Shown one piece after another: positions 1-9,200 of a stretch of 59,685 nucleotides of DNA. The DNA comes from a virus (taxonomy: Duplodnaviria; Caudoviricetes): positions 1-59,685 of the IMG/VR virus record IMGVR_UViG_3300028400_000156; one strand, 5' to 3'. The notes beneath the pieces are model-generated. The model saw only the letters and a program-made list of their open reading frames with translations. It had not been told where the DNA came from and did not search any database. The position numbers and the translations under genes were made by a program. How positions within the stretch are numbered: position 1 is the first letter of the stretch; the number at the start of each line of letters is the position of its first letter.

Positions 1-486
1 CTCAACGAGGTTTTCGCCCGCTTCAAGGCGCTCGCCGACAAGAAACACGAGATCTTCGACGAGGATCTGCAGGCGCTGGTCACCGAAACCAGCAGCGAAC
101 ACTACAACGAGGCCGTCAAACTGGTCAGCCTGCGGGTCTGCTGCGAAACCGGGGAGATCCCCAACGCGCGCATCACGCTGAATGTGGACGGCGAGGAGCA
201 GACTGCTGAATCCACCGGCAGCGGCCCCGTCGATGCCTCCTTCAAGGCCATCGAAAGCATCGTCCACTCCAGCGTCGAGCTGCAGCTCTACTCGGTCAAC
301 AACATCACCTCGGGGACCGACTCCCAGGGCGAAGTGACGGTGCGGCTGGCCAAGAACGGCAGCATCGTCAACGGTCAGGGCGCCGATACCGACATCGTCA
401 TCGCCTCGGCCAAGGCCTATGTCAACGCGCTGAACAAGCTGATCGCCGACGAACAGCGCACCCATCCGCAACGCGGCATCATGTAA
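1..486 (+). CDS. leuA: 2-isopropylmalate synthase, C-terminal regulatory domain (5'-partial; host gene)
   Basis: Frame open from base 1: FARFKALADKKHEIFDEDLQAL...GSGPVDA...YSVNNITSGTDSQGEVTVRL...GADTDIVIASAKAYVNALNKL, typical LeuA C-terminus. Confidence 0.95.
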   Translation, partial: LNEVFARFKALADKKHEIFDEDLQALVTETSSEHYNEAVKLVSLRVCCETGEIPNARITLNVDGEEQTAESTGSGPVDASFKAIESIVHSSVELQLYSVNNITSGTDSQGEVTVRLAKNGSIVNGQGADTDIVIASAKAYVNALNKLIADEQRTHPQRGIM

Positions 487-491
487 CGGGG

Positions 492-1301
492 ATGCCCATG
501 CTCAGCGCAAGACAACAGCACTGTCTGCAGGGCATGGGCATCCGCCTGTGGCGGGAGCGTGGCGAGGAAACCGTGCCCGCCGAAACCCCGCAAGCGGCGG
601 CGCCGGAGACCGAAAGAAAACCCGCGCCGCCACTTGAAGAACTGCTCGGGACGTCAACCGCCCCGGCTTCTGCCGGAGTCGCCCCGCCAGAAAAGAAGGC
701 CGGCAGCATGAACGAAACTCGCAGCTTCCCCCTGGACAGCTGGGACCAGCTTCACGAGGGCATCGAAGCCTGCCGTAACTGCGCTCTCGGCGACAGCTGC
801 ACCCGCAAGGTGCCCGGAAAGGGCAATCACGAAGCCTCGCTGATGATCATCGGAGAAGCGCCCGGCGCCCAGGAAGACCGCCAGGGCATGCCCTTCGTCG
901 GCCGCGCCGGCCAACTGCTCGACCGCATGCTGAAGGCCATCGACCTGAAAACCGAGGATGTCTACATCACCAACATCCTCAAGTGCCGGCCACCCAACAA
1001 CCGCGACCCGCTGCCCAGCGAAGTCATGGCCTGCCAGCCCTTTCTGCAGGCACAGATCCGCCTGCTGCAGCCCAGGGTTATTCTCTCCGTGGGCCGCGTC
1101 AGCGCCCAAAACCTGCTCGGTCAGAACACCGCCCTCGGGCGGCTGCGCCAGCAGCAGCACCATCTCCCCGGCAGCGATATCCCTCTGCTCGTAACCTATC
1201 ACCCGGCTTATCTGCTGCGGAACCCGGTGGAGAAGGCCAAGGTCTGGCAAGACCTGAAAAGACTGAAACATTCTCTTTCCGGATCGAACACTGAGACATG
1301 A
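492..1301 (+). CDS. Uracil-DNA glycosylase, family 4 (host gene)
   Basis: CxxCxL, IIGEAPGAQEDRQGMPFVGRAGQLL, NILKCRPPNNRDP and TYHPAYLLR motifs. Confidence 0.93.
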   Translation: MPMLSARQQHCLQGMGIRLWRERGEETVPAETPQAAAPETERKPAPPLEELLGTSTAPASAGVAPPEKKAGSMNETRSFPLDSWDQLHEGIEACRNCALGDSCTRKVPGKGNHEASLMIIGEAPGAQEDRQGMPFVGRAGQLLDRMLKAIDLKTEDVYITNILKCRPPNNRDPLPSEVMACQPFLQAQIRLLQPRVILSVGRVSAQNLLGQNTALGRLRQQQHHLPGSDIPLLVTYHPAYLLRNPVEKAKVWQDLKRLKHSLSGSNTET

Positions 1302-1473
1302 CCCGACAGCCGGGCCATATTACCGACGAAAAGGAGCAGTAAAAAGCTATAATCCCGGTCATACCATAGATTACTGCCTCGCTATTTCTTCAGAGGCACT
1401 CGCTGCCAGCAGCCGAAACACACGCACGGCTCAGTTTTTGGCATAACCAACTTGCCATATCAAGGATCGCACG

Positions 1474-2997
1474 ATGAAACTTTCAAGACGCCTGTTCCTA
1501 CTCTCACCTTTAGCCCTGGCTTACAAGCCCTCCTGGGGCGCACTGTCCTTTCCCCTGCCCCAAGGGCATTTTGTTCCGGCCAAGATGCCGATGCACCCGG
1601 TTTACCCGAGACCGGACTCTGAGACCCAGGCCCATGCTCGCCATCGCTGGGCGCATCCTGACTTTCGATACGAGATCCCAATCGGTGTCCAGGGAGGAGC
1701 TTGGCCTTTCAAGTATGAAATCATCAATGGGCCATCGGGTGCCACCATTGGCCAGCACTATGGTGACCCCGATTATGGCGTGGTCAAATGGACACCTACC
1801 AATGGAGACAGCGGCACAAAAACTTTTACTGTTCGTGTCACGGATCAAGAACTGAACACTGCCGATCTGACTTGGACTACAACTATTGATGATAATCAGT
1901 TTGTGTTTGTTGATGCCAGCGCAGCATCGACTGGTAGCGGTACGATTAGCAGCCCACTCAAAACTTTTGCAGATTGGTATAAGGGTGATGTAGACGCGAC
2001 TGATGCGACTTACCACAAAAAAATTATCGTTTTCCGTGGCGGGAACTATAATGCCACCGGATCGGCTGCTAACTCAGGGAATGTTCGACTGGAGTCCGCG
2101 TATAAGACTATATCGTTTATAGGCTACCCCGATGAAGTTGTTAATATAGATTGCTCAACGGCTGTATTTTTCACTGCGGATGGTGGAATGTCAGATTTGT
2201 TCGTTGGGAATCTCCGATTCAACAACGCACGAGCAGATGTCGCCAATTCGCATTTTTGGTGGATAGGAAGCACTCCAGAGCGCGTCACCTTCTGGAATAA
2301 TGTTTTCGACTCACTGGGCAATGGCACATCAGGAGGTGACAATCCTTGTGGCATTTTCATGTCCGATACTAGCACAGACAAAAATAATTTCCTTATTAAA
2401 GGTAATACTTTCCAGAACTTTACGAATGACGGCCCGAACGGCTCGTTCGTAGATATGTACCGTGTTTATTATGTACTGATTGAAGAAAATCTGATGCAAA
2501 ATAGTACGCCCGAATACGGACTGTGGGCAAAAGTCACTAAGGCCTATGTAACAATCCGCGCCAACATGCTGGAGAATGTACGCGCCGGAATCAATCTATG
2601 GTATGGGGATGCCGCACCTGGTACTCCGCACGACCATGAGGTGTGTTGGAACAAGGTGACAATAGACCCGGTCTGGGGCACAAATACCAGGACTTTCTTA
2701 GTCATGGGAGACGCACCTAGTTCTATAAACTCTGGCCACTATAATACATTTATATATAGAAACTCATTTATTGATGGGGCATCGACAACACAATCCGTTG
2801 GGAATGATCCATACAATACGGATGGGAATGTCATAATGAGTAATAATCTCAGTGTGTGGCGGACGAATGAACAAGAAACAGTGATACCAAACCTCACCGG
2901 GAACATGTCATCGGGGATTGCAGATACTACGACCGGCGAACTGGTAGGGTCATACAGGACACAGTACCTCGGCACACGAGGACACGAGGTAATATGA
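1474..2997 (+). CDS. Tat-signal, Ig-like plus right-handed beta-helix (polysaccharide lyase/depolymerase-like) protein; left-junction hybrid
   Basis: N-terminus MKLSRRLFLL fits the Tat S-R-R-x-F-L consensus; FVDASAASTGSGTISSPLKT resembles the cap of pectate-lyase-like beta-helices; Asn-rich repeats; near-duplicate of 56988-58871. Confidence 0.7.
   Translation: MKLSRRLFLLSPLALAYKPSWGALSFPLPQGHFVPAKMPMHPVYPRPDSETQAHARHRWAHPDFRYEIPIGVQGGAWPFKYEIINGPSGATIGQHYGDPDYGVVKWTPTNGDSGTKTFTVRVTDQELNTADLTWTTTIDDNQFVFVDASAASTGSGTISSPLKTFADWYKGDVDATDATYHKKIIVFRGGNYNATGSAANSGNVRLESAYKTISFIGYPDEVVNIDCSTAVFFTADGGMSDLFVGNLRFNNARADVANSHFWWIGSTPERVTFWNNVFDSLGNGTSGGDNPCGIFMSDTSTDKNNFLIKGNTFQNFTNDGPNGSFVDMYRVYYVLIEENLMQNSTPEYGLWAKVTKAYVTIRANMLENVRAGINLWYGDAAPGTPHDHEVCWNKVTIDPVWGTNTRTFLVMGDAPSSINSGHYNTFIYRNSFIDGASTTQSVGNDPYNTDGNVIMSNNLSVWRTNEQETVIPNLTGNMSSGIADTTTGELVGSYRTQYLGTRGHEVI
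1578..2990 (+). repeat. Long imperfect direct repeat, left copy (partner about 57410-58820); identical core 2269-2762
   Basis: Base-by-base comparison at constant offset 55,832; mostly synonymous differences outside the core. Confidence 0.95.
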
Positions 2998-2998
2998 G

Positions 2999-4255
2999 AT
3001 GACAATAAAATTATGGGTCAATTTTGATGGGTCGTTAGTCAATAACGACTACACAACGGGTGCTACAGAGCTGCCCGCATCAACATTGCTGATGACAGCC
3101 CAGCAATTCAGCATCACCGCTCCTGGTGGAGCGTGGGGGACGCGGAATATAGCTGACCTGTGGGGCGGATCGGGATTTGATATAAACCCTGTCCCTACAG
3201 CAAACGGCGGCTCGTCATATCCGGTCAGATTCGCGATCCTCGTCGAAGACACTGGCACTGGAGCTAATCGGATAATTTTTGACCTATCACCATCGGGTGG
3301 CGATGGTGGCGTCGAGATTAAAGACAACGATGACGGGACAGCCACCGCGCGCATGTGGAACACTGCTGGGACGGAGGTATACGCCGTCACTTTCAATATC
3401 CCCGCCAGCGGTCCATATATCATTGAGGGCATACTAAACAGTGGGGCCACAAATGCCCCCGAACGGTTGCAGGTTCGGGCATGGGCATTGGGTGGTACTG
3501 CCCCAGCATTTGTGCAGACGACAGCCGATTACGCGGGCTGGACGCCAGCAACTGGAGTTGCTCAGTTGCGAGTGCGTGACGCAGCATACAACATTGGTCA
3601 GCTCATCCTCTCTGATGACGTAACCGAGGATCTGTCGGCGCTGATTGAGCAAAACGATTACTCAGCAGGTGGTGATACAACAGCCCCGACTCTGAGTAAC
3701 CCGACGCTCACTGTCAACAGCAACACCGCCGTAACATTCGGCGCAACATCATCTGAGGACGGCACAGCCCATGCCGTTGTCCGCCTCGCATCCGATCCGG
3801 CGGCAACGCAGCAGGAAATCGTTGACGGCACATACGCCAATGCGGTAGCGATCCCGGCCGATGTAGCTATCACCGCAAACACTGCCTATCAATTCGCGCA
3901 GGTCACTGGGCTGACCGGAAATACAGCTTATGCTGTTGACCAAGTGGCTACAGATGCCGCAGGCAATATCAGTGCTATAAGCACGCAGACATTCACGACG
4001 CAGAGCAAAGCGCTTCGCCTCACCCTGCAAGGAGGTGCGAGCAAAACGCTCAATGTCGTGCTGTTTGACGCGGCCACCGAGGATACCAACGCGGTACTCA
4101 AGACCCTGGCGAATCAGGTAGTCTCCACTGACGGCTCGATCACACTTGACCTCAATGACACTTCCATCGCTGACGGGAGCGCGGTCGAGGGACTGGGCAA
4201 GGACGCCTCCAATGGCGATCCGTACCCGCTACAGGGCACGGTGACGGTGCAGTAA
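2999..4255 (+). CDS. Putative virion appendage protein with Fn3/Ig-like domain
   Basis: DTTAPTLS...VTGLTGNTAYAVDQVATDAAGNIS Fn3-like pattern; Thr/Ala/Gly-rich. Confidence 0.6.
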   Translation: MTIKLWVNFDGSLVNNDYTTGATELPASTLLMTAQQFSITAPGGAWGTRNIADLWGGSGFDINPVPTANGGSSYPVRFAILVEDTGTGANRIIFDLSPSGGDGGVEIKDNDDGTATARMWNTAGTEVYAVTFNIPASGPYIIEGILNSGATNAPERLQVRAWALGGTAPAFVQTTADYAGWTPATGVAQLRVRDAAYNIGQLILSDDVTEDLSALIEQNDYSAGGDTTAPTLSNPTLTVNSNTAVTFGATSSEDGTAHAVVRLASDPAATQQEIVDGTYANAVAIPADVAITANTAYQFAQVTGLTGNTAYAVDQVATDAAGNISAISTQTFTTQSKALRLTLQGGASKTLNVVLFDAATEDTNAVLKTLANQVVSTDGSITLDLNDTSIADGSAVEGLGKDASNGDPYPLQGTVTVQ

Positions 4256-4258
4256 ACC

Positions 4259-5974
4259 GTGCCGTGGAACAAGACATCAACATGGAACTCCGCGCCGGTA
4301 CTGTCGTCGTGGAATAGTCAGTCCACATGGAACGCCGGCGGAACTGGAGCGAGCGGAGGCACTTGGGCCAGCACAACCTTCGCGGTCGATTATGCAAACC
4401 TTGACCCATCCAGTCCGTTTGCTGGAAATACTGAATTTTCCGCCATCGTTGCCGGAGACATCTGCTACTACCGGCCGACAACAACACCGGGCGGCAATTC
4501 CGTCTCCATGTCCGGCGATGGCGTGTTCACCCTCACGCCGCCCGCTAGTGCGGATGAGTCGTTCGAGTATTACATCCATGACATTTCAGATGGCACTGAC
4601 GGGCCGATAGGCACGATAACAGTCTCGCCCGTGAGCGCCCCTGCGATAACCGCCGTCAGTTCCATCCGTGGCGCGGATATTGTCACCGATGAGGCGCAGT
4701 TCACGATTACCGGAACGGGCCTGACCGGCACGGCCAGCGTCACGGTCAATGGCGTAGCAGCAACAGCCGTCACGGTTGTCAGCGACGCCGAAGTCACCGC
4801 CACTGCGCCACATGGATTCGCGGCAGCCTACGGATCGAGCGGCAATGTCGTAGTCAACAACGGCACGGCGTCCAACGCCTACGCCGTGACCCTCATGCCA
4901 CCCCAGGGCATGAACTACACCGCGTTCACGGTGGACTACGCCGGGCTTGATCCGAATAGCCCGTATGCCGGCGATACCGAGTTCAGCAACATCACGGTCG
5001 GGGCGCAGGATGTCTACGATGCGCAGACCACGCCGGACGGGATCGCAGTGTCCATGTCCGGGGACGGCGTGTTCACACTGGCCAGCCAGCCGTCCACCGC
5101 GCAGTCATTCCGCACCTTCATCTACGACCCGACCGATCAGACTGTCGGCGCGGATGTGACCGTAACGGTCGAGGCTGTCGCTACCGCCACGATCACATCG
5201 ACCGGGCAGACCGCGACGGACACGCAATCGGCAACCGTGAGCGTTATCGTATCGGTCAACGCTGGCAATCAGGTTGCAGCAGAAATGCAATCGGGAGCGT
5301 TCTCGGTTCAGAGTCTGGCGACAATCACATCCAGCGGTCAGGTCGCGCAGGACAGCCAGAGCGCCGCGTTCGAGGCTGTGACAGGCATCACTGCCGGCAA
5401 TCAGGCGGCTGTAGATACTCAGGCCGGTGCGTTCAGCGTAGAGACTACCCTGCAAGCGGGCAACCAGGCCGCCCAGGATAGCCAGAGCGGCGCGTTCCAT
5501 GTCGCCCCGGTATCAACACTCACATCGACTGGCCAAACGGCCACAGACAGCCAGAGCGGCGGCAGCTTTGTTCTTCAAGTCGGCGGCCGGCGCAATATCA
5601 ACGCACAATTTTCGCCGGGCAGCACAGTCACGATCACGCTCTACGACACGATCACCGGGAAGCCAGTGCCTCTACTCGGCAGCAGCATGATCGAGATCGG
5701 CGGGGCCGGGCTGTTCTTGTTCGATCTGGACAAGGTCGTCGACCAGCCAATTCGGCGCACGGAATACGCCTGGGTGGCGACAGACGGTACGACAACGCAG
5801 ACAGGCGTAGTGGTTATCGAACCTGAGATCAACGACATCTGGCAGCGGCTCGATCTCGACCCAGACGCACCGAACACCTATGCCGAATCGCTGACCAGCA
5901 TCCTCGGCGGATTCGGTCGGATCGACAAGGCCAATAACGGCGACGGCACAGTGACGACAACGAGGACGCCATGA
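4259..5974 (+). CDS. Putative virion protein with IPT/TIG Ig-like domain, an internal duplication and QxAxDxQS repeats
   Basis: PAITAVS...FTITGTGLTGTASVTVNGVAA...VVSDAEVTATAP (IPT-like); VDYAxLDPxSPxAGxTEFS...VSMSGDGVFTL occurs twice. Confidence 0.65.
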   Translation: MPWNKTSTWNSAPVLSSWNSQSTWNAGGTGASGGTWASTTFAVDYANLDPSSPFAGNTEFSAIVAGDICYYRPTTTPGGNSVSMSGDGVFTLTPPASADESFEYYIHDISDGTDGPIGTITVSPVSAPAITAVSSIRGADIVTDEAQFTITGTGLTGTASVTVNGVAATAVTVVSDAEVTATAPHGFAAAYGSSGNVVVNNGTASNAYAVTLMPPQGMNYTAFTVDYAGLDPNSPYAGDTEFSNITVGAQDVYDAQTTPDGIAVSMSGDGVFTLASQPSTAQSFRTFIYDPTDQTVGADVTVTVEAVATATITSTGQTATDTQSATVSVIVSVNAGNQVAAEMQSGAFSVQSLATITSSGQVAQDSQSAAFEAVTGITAGNQAAVDTQAGAFSVETTLQAGNQAAQDSQSGAFHVAPVSTLTSTGQTATDSQSGGSFVLQVGGRRNINAQFSPGSTVTITLYDTITGKPVPLLGSSMIEIGGAGLFLFDLDKVVDQPIRRTEYAWVATDGTTTQTGVVVIEPEINDIWQRLDLDPDAPNTYAESLTSILGGFGRIDKANNGDGTVTTTRTP

Positions 5975-6204
5975 TCGGCGAAGCCTGGGCGACGGGCTGC
6001 GTCGATGCTGCAATCTCGCTCGAATGGGTGCAGTGCGAGCAGATTCCGATACCGATTCCGAGACCGGGCGGGGGATACGTTACCCCCTGGCCGAGTAAAT
6101 CGTATGACGACCTTCGCAAGGAGCGGTATTATGAACAGGCATTGGCAGAGGATCAGGAACTGATTGAGATGTTGACCGCACTGCTGACACAGAGGATTCT
6201 GTAA
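5971..6204 (+). CDS. Hypothetical phage protein
   Basis: ATGA-coupled to the upstream gene and fills the gap to the next gene. Confidence 0.55.
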   Translation: MIGEAWATGCVDAAISLEWVQCEQIPIPIPRPGGGYVTPWPSKSYDDLRKERYYEQALAEDQELIEMLTALLTQRIL

Positions 6205-6205
6205 C

Positions 6206-9200
6206 ATGAAGAGCCTAGCAACCTGCCTGGCGGCGCACAAGGTAGATCCCGATGACCGCCAGCTGATAAACGATATTCATCAGCAGCTACTGACTGCCGG
6301 GGTGGACCCGCGCGTTGCCCCGCTGCAGGCAGTGGTAGATACGATTAACATCGCGGTCGGCGACTACAACGCCATCATCAAGCAACTCCGCCGGCACGAC
6401 AAATCACTGGAATACCACCCGCCCTACGAAGCCCCCGCCAGCATGGCGGATGTGCAGCGCGCCGTGGCGGAGGGGGCGGCAACATTGGAGCGAACCAAGA
6501 AGGCAAAGAAGCCGGGGCTGCACAAGCGCAACTTCGAGACAGTCGAGCAGGTAGAGCTGGCTGAGCAGCAGGTTGCAGATGGCACCTATGAGCCGCCCAT
6601 CCAGCCCAAGCCCATCGACGAGATCAAGGTCAAGGTGAAGCGCAAGCGCACGGCGCCGCGTGACGAGGGAACCGATTACATCCAGAAACGCGACTGGTTC
6701 GACTCTCTGGTGGACCTCGAGCGGGTCGGCGGCCTAGATGCTCGGCAGGATGTTGTAATCAAACAAGTATTTGGCCAGTTGGGAGGCGTTATCCCAGTGC
6801 TGGCCGACGTGAACACCTTGCAGGATTTCCTCGACAAGACTGCTGAATATGGCGGCTTCACCTCGTTGAAGGATCTGCTGAAGGTCATCTCTGCGAAGCT
6901 GCACGGCAACGACCCTTACAAGCGACTGGCAGACTGGCTGCTCAATGTCGACTTCGGTGCTGACACAATCCTCGTTGCCAGAACTTCCGGTGCGCTGCTG
7001 GAGCGTGACCCAGGGCGGGCGCTTGGCTCGTACTACCACGTGCCTTATACCATCACGAACAAAGCTGGCGTAGAGATGGACGCCTCCCTACGCATCATCG
7101 CCCTCGACGCTGAGCACGCCGCGGATAATGATACGCTTACACGGTTGCTCAAAAGGGAGGGACAGCACGATCTGTCTTCACTCACCATGCGGCTCCTTCT
7201 CCACGAAGCTGTCCACGCCGCCACCGTGCACAAGATGGCGCTGGATGAGAAGTTCTCTCAGGAAGTCGACGCCCTGCGCCGGCGCATGATCGCCCACTAC
7301 GCCAGCAAGTACGACATGCCGAAGTCGAGAGTCATCGAGTCCGTGTACGGGCTGCGCAATCCTCTCGAATTCCTGGCGGAGATGATGACCGACGCCAACC
7401 TGCAGAAGGAAGCCATGCAGGTGTCCTATACTGCCGGCGATACCCGGGCCGAACCCGGACCCGCATCCACCGTCCTGCACAAGTTCATCGAAGCGGTGCG
7501 CCGGTTCCTCCGGGTGCCGCCTACCATTGCCACTGTGTTCGACCGCACTATGCTGCTGGCTGAGTCACTTCGCGTGGAGTACTCCGACGCCCTTGGTGAG
7601 CAGAGTGCGGCCTACAAGACCATCCCCAAGGTCATTGCCGAGATCGACGAGAAGCTCTACGGGACGGACTTCGCCGGCACGTCCAGCAAGGAGACCACTG
7701 ACTTCATCAGCAAGGCCAAGGCGCACGATTCTGTTCTCGGCAAGGTCGTGTCACCCATCGCGTCGGTGCTCAGTGACAACACCGAGCAGCAGCTTGCGGA
7801 CACATGGGCCAAGATCCGGCAGGGCGGGCACGCTACTGCGGAAACCCTGCTCGGCATGCTGACGCTGGATCACATCCAGTCGCGGTTCAGCAAACTGTTC
7901 CAACGACCGGACAATAACCCGCTCAACGACTACGTGGATGCCAAGTCCCGTGAGCAGGCAGTCGCAAAGAAGTTCGAGCGGTCGGGCGAGCACCTGCACG
8001 CGCAGTGGCTGTCCATCGAGAAGAAGCACCGCGGACAGCCTGTCATGCAGGAGTTCGAGGACATGGTGACAGACTCCACCGTGTTCCAGGTCCATCCGGA
8101 CAAGGCATGGCTCGACCCCGCCCATGACGCGATCCGCAAGAACAAGGTCCGCGCCAAGGTCGCGGAGAAGGCCCATGCACGCCTGCGTTCCACGTGGAAC
8201 AAATTGCCGCCGGACATGAAAGCTGCCTACAAGGCCACCCGGGAGTTCTATCGCAACTCTCTGGTGCAAATGCTGGACACCGTCATCAACAATCTGACGA
8301 GCATGTATGGCCTGACCGATCCGCTGCTGCTCGATGCCATTGAATCCGCGCCGGACACGGAGTCCCTGCTCAAGCTGGAGGTACCGCTCAGCAACTGGGA
8401 CTCGCTCGCCCGGTCCATCGGCCACATGAAGGAGTTGATCCGCAAATCCGGTCCCTACTTCCCGCTCAACCGGTTCGGCAATTACGCTATCAGCTACCGC
8501 AAGAAGGAAGTCTATTCCGGGTATTCCAGCAAGCAGAAAGCCTACGACGCAGCGCAGTCGCTGGCGTCGACCATGCCGGGCGCGGTGCGTGGGAAGCCAG
8601 AGAAGGTGGCTGGCCAGTGGCAATTCACCATGACGACGGAAGGATTCCAGCTGTTCGAGAACCTGTCCGACGCCGAGGCGGCTCGCGCTGCACTGCAGGA
8701 AGATGGCTATGAAGTCGGTGGCATCACGAAGAAGGTGGAGATGGAGATCCCTGACATGTCCGTGGCGGGCCGCATCCTGGCCGTAGCTGCCAAGAAGCTC
8801 AACAAGGACGGCAAGGTGTCGCAGGCGTACCTCGAGATGAAGAACGCGCTGGCAACCATGCTGCCGGACACCTCCTTCAACAATCGCCTGCTGCGCAGGA
8901 AGAATATCCATGGCGCCAGCAAGAACCATCGGCGCGCGTTGGCCAGCTACATCCAGGCCGCGAGCTGGCAGCTGGCCCGGCTCAAGCATCGCAAGGATGT
9001 CGACGAGGCGCTCGCCGGGCTGCGCGAAGTGGGCAAGTCCCGCCCGGGTCAGGATGATGGCATCAAGACCTCGCAGGTCGTCAACGAGATCATGCGCCGG
9101 GAGGCCATCAACCACGGCGACCGGTCAAAGGTCGGCGAGGCCATCGCCAAGTTCGGCTTCATCAACTTCCTGCTCACAGGCAGCTACGCCGCGATCAACG

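Noticed and set aside
7751-9115. Long antisense ORFs (also 13460-14506, 23045-23980, 35842-37080)
   Set aside because: Shadow frames of GC-rich, codon-biased genes on the opposite strand; no recognisable motifs
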